Virus record (IMG/VR): IMGVR_UViG_3300044701_003563
DNA: 64,000 nt
From: a virus
Strand: one strand, 5' to 3'
The translations under genes and the position numbers were made by a program. The notes below the pieces were generated by a model. That model was not told where the DNA came from. It made no database searches and worked only from the letters and a program-made list of their open reading frames with translations. Each line of letters starts with the position of its first letter. Position 1 is the first letter of the stretch. Positions 37,102 to 47,300 of this stretch are shown here, one piece after another.

Positions 37102-38222
37102 AGATTATATTTCTCCCAATCAACACTATCAAATCCAGAGTCAGTAATTAAATTAATTGCTACAGATCTATCGTTGTCTTCATCTTTGAGTTTATCATTG
37201 ATTAAAACTCTAACTCCACTAGAAACACCCATAATCAAATGATCCCAACATATTCCCAGAGATTTAAGATGATTCTCTGTCATTTCTCTGGCAGATTCTT
37301 TTCTAGCAGTTGTTAAAATAATTTTATATCCTTTAGAATCCCATTCATTAAATTTATTATTAACTCCAGGAAGAACTTCTGGATCAATTTGATTTAGATC
37401 ACTAAATTTATGACAGTGTTTTAACACTGTTCCATCCAAATCACAAAAAATTGTTTTTGGTTTATTTGTATAAAATTCCTTTAACTTTCCAAGATAAATT
37501 GAAACATCTTCGGGAGTTCCTAATGGAATATAACTATTTTTGGGAATAAAAAATGGAACAATAGAATAATTTCTTTCAATCAAATAATTATAAGTTTCTG
37601 AGATATAACATTCTGGAAGTCCACTTATTCTAAAATGTTTAAGTAAATTTTCAGAAGACTCTACAAAATCTTTTCCTCTTGCCCAATAATGTATTCCAAC
37701 AAGAGCATTATCACTAATTGGATCTTTTTCCACAATCTTTACAATTTTGCATCCATTAGTATAATTTTCTTTAATTTTAGCAAAACTATTTTTAGGATCT
37801 TTTGATTTAAATAATACAACTGCTCCATCTACGGAAAGATTGTCTGAGACTTCTTCCAAAAAAGCATTAGGATCCCAATCCATGAGTTGATCGCAATTCG
37901 TAATAATCAACTCTTCTTCATTATCAATTAAATGCTTTGCATAAAGACAAGTTTCACTGCATCCACTTGTAACATTATCAATGCGAATTTCTTCACAATT
38001 TGGATCTAATTTTTTAAGAATCTTTGTCAGTTCTTCATTGTATTGAGGATCTTCATAATTTCGGGTAATGAAAATATATCTTCCAGGAATACCAAGAGAT
38101 TCTACAGAATGTTCAATAAGAGTTTTTCCATTAACTTTAATCAAAGGTTTAGGTGTTTTAATTCCATTTTTAGAAAACCTACTACCAAGTCCCGCCATTG
38201 GGATAATGATATTCATAATCAA
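37098..38222 (-). CDS. sugar nucleotidyltransferase (GT-A) fused to a C-terminal HAD phosphatase
   Basis: IIIPMAGLGSRF...PKPLI, NCDQ, LGTPED; HAD motif DLDGT, TTAR, INDK. Confidence 0.85.
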   Translation of the reverse strand: MIMNIIIPMAGLGSRFSKNGIKTPKPLIKVNGKTLIEHSVESLGIPGRYIFITRNYEDPQYNEELTKILKKLDPNCEEIRIDNVTSGCSETCLYAKHLIDNEEELIITNCDQLMDWDPNAFLEEVSDNLSVDGAVVLFKSKDPKNSFAKIKENYTNGCKIVKIVEKDPISDNALVGIHYWARGKDFVESSENLLKHFRISGLPECYISETYNYLIERNYSIVPFFIPKNSYIPLGTPEDVSIYLGKLKEFYTNKPKTIFCDLDGTVLKHCHKFSDLNQIDPEVLPGVNNKFNEWDSKGYKIILTTARKESAREMTENHLKSLGICWDHLIMGVSSGVRVLINDKLKDEDNDRSVAINLITDSGFDSVDWEKYNL

Positions 38223-39214
38223 TCCTCAAAAATATAATTTTTAACAAATTCCTTAGATGCTTTTAAAAGATATGATGCATTATCTTGAAATCCAAAAGTA
38301 ATTAGATAATCTTCTTTATATTCAGTCATTCCAACTGCAAATTCTATTTCCGCATTCAAAAATGAGAATCTTTTAGAAACTTTAACAATGTTCCAATCTT
38401 CATCAAAGACAACAAATCTATGTCTGTAAGTTCCATCTTTTCTATAATGAGGACTTTGAGTTAAAAATGTTTCATGTGTTAAACAAAATCTATGCTTTTC
38501 ATCAAACCTAAGAACTTGAGATCCTCCACGAAGATCAATACATCCAAGATCTTTCCAATGATGTGAGACAACTTTTTCTGTTTTTTTAGATTCTAAATCA
38601 TATTTTACAATTTCAGTTCCATTAGTCCACTTTAAGAAGTGATATGGCATATCGAGAATTGGCATCCAATTTTTCTCGCAATAAGAATCATCATTTCCAG
38701 GGGTAGGAATACGAATTTGATTTATTTCTTTTACATATCCATCACCAATCTCAAGTTCACATAGTTCCATTCTACCAATACCTGTGGTTTCTAAATCTCG
38801 TCTAACTCCACAAGTATAAAATTTTCCTTCCCATCTAAAAATACGAACATCTTCTAACCCAACAAAATCCCAAAGTTCTTTATTGGGAAATTTTGTCGTA
38901 TCAATATGATGGTATTTTTTGATTCTCATGTCCTCATCAAGTTCACACATAATATTCCATGTGCGAAGACGAAGATCATTTTCTGGATGAATATAAACTA
39001 AAGGACCCCAATGATGCTCAAACTTTTTTGTTTCTGAATGATATAATGTGTAATTAATATTTCTAAGATTTACCCAAATTTTATCCCCATCCACATAAAT
39101 TGAAGGGTTCATTAAAGCTGGACCCTTTAAATCTTTAGATGGAATAACAAGAGGATGAATACTTCCTCCATTTTGAATAGCAAGTTTTACCAGATTATTT
39201 GGATCTACAGTCAT
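38219..39214 (-). CDS. five-bladed beta-propeller glycosidase/phosphorylase-like protein
   Basis: NPS, GLEDVR, EKNWMP, RGGSQ, Y.HRF, IEFAVG, FGFQD. Confidence 0.7.
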   Translation of the reverse strand: MTVDPNNLVKLAIQNGGSIHPLVIPSKDLKGPALMNPSIYVDGDKIWVNLRNINYTLYHSETKKFEHHWGPLVYIHPENDLRLRTWNIMCELDEDMRIKKYHHIDTTKFPNKELWDFVGLEDVRIFRWEGKFYTCGVRRDLETTGIGRMELCELEIGDGYVKEINQIRIPTPGNDDSYCEKNWMPILDMPYHFLKWTNGTEIVKYDLESKKTEKVVSHHWKDLGCIDLRGGSQVLRFDEKHRFCLTHETFLTQSPHYRKDGTYRHRFVVFDEDWNIVKVSKRFSFLNAEIEFAVGMTEYKEDYLITFGFQDNASYLLKASKEFVKNYIFED

Positions 39215-39237
39215 GAATATCTCAAGTCAATTCGATA

Positions 39238-39313
39238 TATTTAGAATCTTATCAGTATAGTCGTTTTTATTTCAAAAAGCAAGCTTGACTTAGGTTCAAT
39301 TTTTTGTTACAAT
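39238..39313. promoter_or_regulatory. back-to-back sigma70-like promoters plus late CTAAATA box
   Basis: Minus: TTGCTT-17-TATACT (39282-39254) and CTAAATA (39244-39238). Plus: TTGACT-17-TACAAT (39285-39313). Confidence 0.6.
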
Positions 39314-39350
39314 GTCCTTGTCAAGGATGATAGTTATATTAATAAAGTCT

Positions 39351-39905
39351 CTAAGATACTTCTCCCCAATTATAAGATTGGTAAGTATAAGGTTGTGGAG
39401 TTTGTGATATCCATTCAATTTCATTAACTTCAACATAGGATCTAGTAGCAGCTCCACCTCCAACACCTCCAGCAGTTTGTGCTACCAGCAATTCTACTCC
39501 AGAACCTGTTGCAAGACTTGGATTAATTGTACTTGCATTTACTTCAAGTACTGCTGTTACATTAGTTGCTCCAGTGTTTGTTGCCGATGCGGAAATATTT
39601 CTTGTTGTTCCATTTTCAAATAAAGTCAATGTTGCTGTTACGTTTTGACCTCCCGTTCCACTATTAGCTGCATTTCTTCTTCTAAAAGAACATCTGAATG
39701 TTTGAATTCCAACTAATCCAGGTCTATCGAAAGTTTGTGTTGGAGTTGGAAAGGACACGCGAACTTGAGTTTGTCCACCTCCATTTGCATCGAGATATAC
39801 TGTATCGGCACTACTTACACCATTATCAATATTACCAACAGTTACAGGTGCTGTATAATTTGCAGAAGCTAAAATTGCATCAGGAAATAAAGTTTGATAT
39901 GGCAT
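39351..39905 (-). CDS. putative virion/fibre-associated beta-rich protein
   Basis: Thr/Gly/Ala-rich; last gene of the structural operon. Confidence 0.6.
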   Translation of the reverse strand: MPYQTLFPDAILASANYTAPVTVGNIDNGVSSADTVYLDANGGGQTQVRVSFPTPTQTFDRPGLVGIQTFRCSFRRRNAANSGTGGQNVTATLTLFENGTTRNISASATNTGATNVTAVLEVNASTINPSLATGSGVELLVAQTAGGVGGGAATRSYVEVNEIEWISQTPQPYTYQSYNWGEVS

Positions 39906-39907
39906 GA

Positions 39908-41371
39908 TTATCTAGATCTAAGTATTAGTGATAATGTGGCATTTACTGCAGATGTTGGAATTGTTGTTACTCTAAATCTTAATAAATCTCCTCTATTAAG
40001 TTGAGTTGTCCACCCAGTTAATGCAGTATTTGAAACAGCAATTGCTGAACTCAATGCTTGTCCACCATTGCTTATGTCTGCCCATGATGGTGTTGCTGCA
40101 AAAGTTGAACGTTCTACGATAATTGTCATGCTGTCAGATACCCCAGCAATTAATCTTGCTTCAATGATTGTGCAATCATTTGGTATTGAAAGAACAACCG
40201 TTGATCCACTTCCAATTGGATTTGAACCTCCATAAAATACAGCATTTACAACTCTTCTATTATCAACCCACTGCATAATTCCAGACGCATCTCTTTGGAG
40301 AATGTCATCTTGAATACCATCTGTTGCTGGTAAAGTTACTGTATAATCTGTAGTTGGGTTATTAAATTTAAAAGATGCAAACTGAGTGTTTCCACTATTT
40401 GCAAATCTGAAACTTTTATTTCCAGAAAGTGTTACATTGTTTGTTGGATCTAATACAATTTCACCAGATGTTACATTAACGAGATTTAAATCTGCACCCG
40501 TTGATCTTATTATTGGCTCGTTTCCTTGATAACCAACAGTTAATGTTACTGCATTAGTTGGATTTGAGATTGAAATGGCATTTGGGTTTCCAGCTAATGC
40601 AGTTGTTCTTATTAAAACACCTTCTCCTGTAGTGTTTGTTATAGGACCTACTGCCAATCTAGTGGTTACAGTTGCTATTCCAACAGTCGTCGTTGTTGGG
40701 CTTGTTTTATTTCCAACAAAAAGATTTCCAATTAATTCTATCGTATTGGTGTTATCATCAAAAATAAGATTTGTAGACCCTCCATGAAGTCCACCGTTAT
40801 TATATTGAATTGATCCGTCGGCTCCAGCAACACTATCAAACTCACCAAGAAGATCTGGAGCCCAATGAAGTGTATGCTCACCACTTACTGGATTTGTTAA
40901 TACTTTTAATACAGAACCTCCAAGTCCAACATGTTGAGGTAAATTATAAACTAAATTATTTACTCCATCTATATTTGAAGATGCTGAATGTTTGATCTGA
41001 GAATATAAATCAACACTATCTTTAAAAATTACACCACTTCCTGCGTTAAAATATACACTACTTCCATTTGTAGTAGCTGCAGCACCAGCAAAAACGCCAG
41101 AATTGTTGTATTGTAATTGAGTATTACTTCCAGATGCTGGAGTATCTGACCAGGAAAGAGTTCCAGATCCATCAGTTTTTAATACTTGATCTGAATTTCC
41201 ATCATTTAATGGTAGAGTTAATTGATAAGACGATGCTAATGTATCAGGGCATTTTATATCAACATAAGCACTTCTATCTCCATCTTGTAATCGAATTGTT
41301 GCACCTACACCAGATACTCCAGAAATAACTTCTGGATTTTTAAGTATTTGACCTCTTGATAATTCTGCCAT
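39908..41371 (-). CDS. tail fibre-like protein
   Basis: Three copies of LP..DG...VL..D.SG.L.W, QYN.G..G repeats; probable start MAELSR. Confidence 0.7.
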   Translation of the reverse strand: MAELSRGQILKNPEVISGVSGVGATIRLQDGDRSAYVDIKCPDTLASSYQLTLPLNDGNSDQVLKTDGSGTLSWSDTPASGSNTQLQYNNSGVFAGAAATTNGSSVYFNAGSGVIFKDSVDLYSQIKHSASSNIDGVNNLVYNLPQHVGLGGSVLKVLTNPVSGEHTLHWAPDLLGEFDSVAGADGSIQYNNGGLHGGSTNLIFDDNTNTIELIGNLFVGNKTSPTTTTVGIATVTTRLAVGPITNTTGEGVLIRTTALAGNPNAISISNPTNAVTLTVGYQGNEPIIRSTGADLNLVNVTSGEIVLDPTNNVTLSGNKSFRFANSGNTQFASFKFNNPTTDYTVTLPATDGIQDDILQRDASGIMQWVDNRRVVNAVFYGGSNPIGSGSTVVLSIPNDCTIIEARLIAGVSDSMTIIVERSTFAATPSWADISNGGQALSSAIAVSNTALTGWTTQLNRGDLLRFRVTTIPTSAVNATLSLILRSR

Positions 41372-44346
41372 TATGCTTGTGCCTCCGTCCAACTAAGAGA
41401 GATATCAACAATAGCATTATCTGATGCGCCACCATCTGGGTTGTTTATAACCACTGCAAGAACTTCTGGACCATCTGGATATGTTCTATTTCCACCCAAT
41501 ATGCTATTTTGCAATTCTTTAATTCCAGTAAGGTCAAAAATTTTACTCTCATCAGATCTTAATTGGAATCTAAAAAGAATTTCACCATCTCTTGGAATAA
41601 GAGTTTCGGTAGTACTATATTGAACAAAAGATGGTTGATAATAATTATTTGTTCCAATTGTTACTCGATTTGCAGAAATCCAAGATGTATTTTCATATCC
41701 TGTAGAATTTAATATTCCAATAACTTCAATTGTTGTTGGTTGAATATTTCCTGTTCCAAGTTTTGAAGATACATATAAATTTCCAAACTTAATAAGAGAT
41801 CTATTAATTAGTTCCCTTTCTCCAAGATTGCCAATTAAAGTATCGGAAACTGAAGGAGCTGGTCTAAGTACTCCAACTAATACTTGTGCTCCACCAGCAA
41901 CATCAATTGTATTTCTCGTTAATGAAAATTGAATAGTAGGGTCCCCATCAAATCCTCCATCCATAATTACCGATGACCCCCAGTGAGTAATTGTTGGAGC
42001 ACAAGTAGTATTGATTAATATTACTGAACTATGTTCTGGATGATTCCATGATTGTAATCTTTTTCCTGCTTCAGCAATTCCACCAGGACCGTAAAATGTT
42101 CTTTCTGATCCACTTAAGAAAATACTATAGTTTGTAGAAGTTGTAACTCCAGTTAAAGTATTACCTGATTTTCCAGTGTAACTCATAATCTCATGAATAT
42201 AATTATCAGATCCACTAATTGTTTGTTTACTGGTGACTTCAACATATTCTGGATATCCAGGAAGTGGAGTTGGGAATTCATTAGCATCCTTCAAATTCAA
42301 AGTTGTAGTTGTAAATCCTGTCTGATTAGTTAATTTACTTCTTGCAGTATTATGAGACACTTCATATCTTGCTGGAAGATTTCCAGATCTCATGTATGCT
42401 TCTGTATTTTTATTATTATTTGCAATACGATGTGCAATAATCCATTCACCTAATGGACCACGAATAGCATAATCAATATATCCAGCACCATACCAAGAAT
42501 ATTGTATTCCAAACATCTGCATTTTTCTAAATGCGTCTCCATCAGTTTTTAAATTAAAATGAGATGGTCCTTTTCCATTTATAGTATCAAAGTTGAAATC
42601 TTCTTGCGGTACTCTTTTATCTTGTATTAAACATATTTTAGAACCTGAGAAAGAAGCTCCTCTATATGGAGGTGAAACATGGCACGTAGTATTACTTGAA
42701 ATTCCTACAACTTGATATCTCTGTCCTTTAATTTGTAAGGAATCTCCGACTATAAGTTGATCTGCAAATTTAGTGCCAATACCAAATATTTCTGTACTTC
42801 CAACATTCATGGATGCAAATCCAGATAATTGGTATGTTGATGACCTTTTAGCAATATAAATTTTTTGACCATCAAATTCCCAATACATTCCATTAAAATC
42901 ATCAAATATTCCAAGTCTTACTGCAGCTCCTGCCCATGTTGTAATTCCAACTTTTGAATCTACAGTAACTATTGATGTTCCAGCAATACCAGCAGCAGCA
43001 TCTACTATAATAGCCTTTTCACTGGTAATTCCAGAAACTGTATAATATTTGTTGATTAATGAGGAATCTCCAGAAGCAGTTGTACTAATTCCAATAAGTT
43101 TAATTCCTGCTCCAGTTTGTAATCCATGAAAATCTGAAGTTGTTATTTTTATCTGTGTTTTATTATTAATAATTTCCAAATCATCTACATCAAAAGATGG
43201 AGCAAGAAGTGCTCCAGTAGAGAAAAGAATTCCCTTTCCTGCTTGATATCTAAAATATCTTTTTGTTTGTCTTTTTGCTTCTAGTCCATGAACGGGCAAT
43301 AATGATCCAGTTTTTACTCCACCATCAAAAGGTGCATGTTCAAAGAAACTGTCATTTATTGCATAGACTGCTGTATTTGTTGTGTTTGGAACGTCCGTTA
43401 GAGTGTTTCCAGAATCATAATTAATTGATCTTCCGTCTACAACTTGACGAACATAAAATCTTCCTTCATGAGTTTGTCTTCCAGCTCTGTTATCTGCAAC
43501 TAAAATTGGAGAACCTGGAACTAAACCATGAAATCCAGAAAATGTAACGGTAACAATACCAGAAGTTGCTCCAGTTTGATAACTCGTAACTGGCAAAACC
43601 CCTCTTTCAAAAATTCCACCCTCTTTTGCTTGAGTATAATTGTTGAGTAAAGAAGATCCAACAGAGATTACTCCTTTTGCTCTATAAGATGAAGTTTTTG
43701 CTGTAACAGAATCTCCACTTTCAACAATAAAAAGTCCATCTGCAAGTGGATTTCCAGTTCCCCTTACAGATATAACTCCACCAGTAACAGGAACATCAGT
43801 TGATGCAACACCAGCATTATAAGTTACAGTAATCAATGAAAATGGAGAAACCCCATTTGAAACTATGTTATTAATATCTTGAGTTGGTTTTGGAAATTCA
43901 TAAAAAGAAGGAATATTTCTATTTAATCCTAAGTTATCCCATTTTGTTAATTGAATTCCATACTCAAAATCCGCGTCAATTAATGCTTCTGGACTAGAAA
44001 CTCTTTGCCTTTCTATAGAGTCTAAACCAAATTCTGGAGGTCTTGAAATAATTCCTCTTCTTTGATCTTCAACTACAACTTGCAATCTATCTTCCGCAGA
44101 CATCCCAGATGTATCCGCAAAAAAATTAAAAGTGCATGTCCCATCAATTGCTTCTGGGTAATCTTCATCCCCTAAATGATCATGTTCCCATGTTGCGCCT
44201 TTAGAGGGATCTGAAAAATTATAAATTATAACATTTCTTGTTGTATTAACAACTAAAAGTAAATCTTCAAGTTCAATATGTCCTGGAATCTTTAATGTTC
44301 CAGCAACAGGATCAAATTTATATAATTTTTCAAATCTTCTTGCCAT
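41371..44346 (-). CDS. large virion structural protein
   Basis: 991 aa, beta-rich; RVS.P.ALIDADFEYG.Q.TKW, RQTKRYFRYQ.GKG, YSWYGAG, YMRSGNLPARYE. Confidence 0.7.
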   Translation of the reverse strand: MARRFEKLYKFDPVAGTLKIPGHIELEDLLLVVNTTRNVIIYNFSDPSKGATWEHDHLGDEDYPEAIDGTCTFNFFADTSGMSAEDRLQVVVEDQRRGIISRPPEFGLDSIERQRVSSPEALIDADFEYGIQLTKWDNLGLNRNIPSFYEFPKPTQDINNIVSNGVSPFSLITVTYNAGVASTDVPVTGGVISVRGTGNPLADGLFIVESGDSVTAKTSSYRAKGVISVGSSLLNNYTQAKEGGIFERGVLPVTSYQTGATSGIVTVTFSGFHGLVPGSPILVADNRAGRQTHEGRFYVRQVVDGRSINYDSGNTLTDVPNTTNTAVYAINDSFFEHAPFDGGVKTGSLLPVHGLEAKRQTKRYFRYQAGKGILFSTGALLAPSFDVDDLEIINNKTQIKITTSDFHGLQTGAGIKLIGISTTASGDSSLINKYYTVSGITSEKAIIVDAAAGIAGTSIVTVDSKVGITTWAGAAVRLGIFDDFNGMYWEFDGQKIYIAKRSSTYQLSGFASMNVGSTEIFGIGTKFADQLIVGDSLQIKGQRYQVVGISSNTTCHVSPPYRGASFSGSKICLIQDKRVPQEDFNFDTINGKGPSHFNLKTDGDAFRKMQMFGIQYSWYGAGYIDYAIRGPLGEWIIAHRIANNNKNTEAYMRSGNLPARYEVSHNTARSKLTNQTGFTTTTLNLKDANEFPTPLPGYPEYVEVTSKQTISGSDNYIHEIMSYTGKSGNTLTGVTTSTNYSIFLSGSERTFYGPGGIAEAGKRLQSWNHPEHSSVILINTTCAPTITHWGSSVIMDGGFDGDPTIQFSLTRNTIDVAGGAQVLVGVLRPAPSVSDTLIGNLGERELINRSLIKFGNLYVSSKLGTGNIQPTTIEVIGILNSTGYENTSWISANRVTIGTNNYYQPSFVQYSTTETLIPRDGEILFRFQLRSDESKIFDLTGIKELQNSILGGNRTYPDGPEVLAVVINNPDGGASDNAIVDISLSWTEAQA

Positions 44347-44352
44347 TTTTAA

Positions 44353-47300
44353 TTATACTCCGAATATGATTGAATAAACTATAGAATCTGTAACTGTTCC
44401 AAATTGATTTATATTTGTTGGGGAATTTGTAGATTTAACAGCATACCCAAAGAAGGAATCTGTAACTTTTGGTGCCTCAACAAATGCGATAGTAATTGGG
44501 TCTGCTGCTTTATTATTTCCACCACCACCAATTTGATTGGTGTTAAATCCACGATTATTTGATGGATCTGGTTCTTGAATAATTCCACCGACAGAAAGTA
44601 TAAATCTTGCCAAACTGTCTATCTCATTATTTATGAATCGTGCAAGATTTCCAGATCCAACAGAATATCCTTGATTTGCAAATAATACTTTATCATATGG
44701 AGTAAATGTAGTTCTAGACCCATCAAACACCTCTTCAAATGCAATTATGACTGTTTGATCTGGAATTGATACTTGTTTTCCTTGTGTTCCTTGTAATCCC
44801 TGATTTCCTTGTGTTCCTTGTGTTCCCTGGAAATTGCTAAGTGCGCCTTGAAGACCTTGCAATCCTTGAACACCCTGGAGTCCTTGAGTTGCTTGAACTC
44901 CCTGATTTCCTTGTAAACCTTGAACACCTTGGACTCCCTGATTTCCTTGAAGACCTTGAACGCCTTGAACACCCTGATTTCCTTGTAATCCTTGGACACC
45001 TTGGACTCCCTGATTTCCTTGAAGACCTTGAACGCCTTGAACACCCTGATTTCCTTGTAATCCTTGGACACCTTGGACTCCCTGATTTCCTTGTAATCCT
45101 TGGACACCTTGGACACCTTGAACTCCTTGATTTCCTTGGAGACCTTGAACACCTTGGACACCTTGGACTCCCTGATTTCCTTGTAATCCTTGGACACCTT
45201 GGACACCTTGAACTCCTTGATTTCCTTGGAGCCCTTGGACACCTTGAACTCCTTGATTTCCTTGAAGACCTTGGACACCTTGGACTCCCTGATTTCCTTG
45301 AAGACCTTGAACACCTTGGAGACCTTGAACTCCCTGGAGACCTTGGACACCTTGGACACCCTGATTTCCTTGAAGACCTTGAACACCTTGATTACCTTGG
45401 AGACCTTGGACTCCCTGAACTCCTTGATTTCCTTGAACTCCCTGGAGACCTTGAACACCTTGGACACCCTGATTTCCTTGAAGACCTTGAACACCTTGGA
45501 CACCCTGATTTCCTTGAAGACCTTGAACACCTTGGACACCCTGATTTCCTTGGACACCTTGGACACCTTGATTTCCTTGGAGACCTTGAACTCCTTGAAC
45601 TCCTTGATTACCTTGGAGACCTTGGGTTCCTTGAACACCTTGAACTCCCTGATTTCCTTGGAGACCCTGAACACCTTGAACTCCTTGAACTCCTTGATTG
45701 CCTTGGAGACCTTGGGTTCCTTGAACACCTTGAACTCCTTGATTTCCTTGGAGACCTTGAACTCCTTGAACTCCCTGATTTCCTTGTAATCCCTGAGTTC
45801 CTTGAACTCCCTGATTTCCCTGGAGACCTTGGGTTCCTTGAACACCTTGAACTCCTTGATTTCCCTGGAGACCTTGGACACCTTGGACTCCCTGATTTCC
45901 TTGTAATCCTTGGACACCTTGGACTCCCTGATTTCCTTGTAATCCTTGGGCACCTTGGACTCCCTGATTTCCTTGTAATCCTTGGACACCTTGGACACCT
46001 TGGACTCCTTGATTGCCTTGGAGACCTTGGGTTCCTTGAACACCTTGAACTCCTTGATTTCCTTGGAGACCTTGAACTCCTTGAACTCCCTGATTTCCCT
46101 GGAGACCCTGAACACCTTGAACTCCCTGATTTCCTTGTAATCCCTGAGTTCCTTGAACTCCCTGATTTCCCTGGAGACCTTGTACACCCTGAGTTCCTTG
46201 AGCACCTTGGAAACCTTGAAGACCCTGTGTTCCTTGAACCCCTTGATTGCCTTGGAGACCCTGAGTTCCTTGAACACCTTGAACTCCCTGATTTCCTTGG
46301 AGACCTTGGACTCCTTGATTTCCCTGTAATCCTTGGACACCCTGAACGCCTTGGAAACCTTGAAGACCTTGTGTTCCTTGAACTCCCTGATTCCCCTGAA
46401 GTCCTTGTGTTCCTTGAACACCTTGGAAACCTTGAAGACCTTGTGTTCCTTGAACTCCCTGATTCCCCTGAAGTCCTTGTGTTCCTTGAACACCTTGGAA
46501 ACCTTGAAGACCTTGTGTTCCTTGAACTCCCTGATTTCCTTGAAGACCTTGAACTCCTTGGGTTCCTTGAGTTCCTTGGAAACCTTGGAGACCTTGAACA
46601 CCTTGAACACCTTGATTTCCTTGGAGACCTTGAACACCTTGGACACCTTGGAAACCTTGAAGACCTTGTATTCCTTGGACTCCCTGATTTCCTTGGAGAC
46701 CTTGAACACCTTGGACACCTTGGAAACCTTGAAGACCTTGTATTCCTTGGACTCCCTGATTTCCTTGGAGACCTTGAACACCTTGGACACCTTGGAAACC
46801 TTGAAGACCTTGTATTCCTTGGACTCCCTGATTTCCTTGAACTCCTTGATTACCTTGAAGTCCCTGAGTTCCCTGGACTCCTTGATTACCTTGAAGACCT
46901 TGAACTCCTTGATTACCTTGAAGACCTTGTGTTCCTTGTACTCCTTGATTACCTTGGAGTCCCTGAGTTCCTTGAACTCCTTGATTACCTTGGAGTCCCT
47001 GAGTTCCTTGAACTCCTTGATTACCTTGGAGTCCCTGATTTCCTTGAACTCCTTGATTTCCTTGTAAACCCTGAACACCTTGGGTTCCTTGATTGCCCTG
47101 AACTCCTTGATTGCCTTGAAGACCTTGGGTTCCTTGGACTCCTTGATTACCTTGAAGACCTTGTGTTCCTTGAACTCCTTGATTGCCTTGAAGACCTTGG
47201 GTTCCTTGAACTCCTTGATTTCCCTGAAGACCTTGGACTCCCTGGACTCCCTGATTGCCTTGGAGTCCCTGAGTTCCTTGAACTCCTTGATTTCCCTGAA

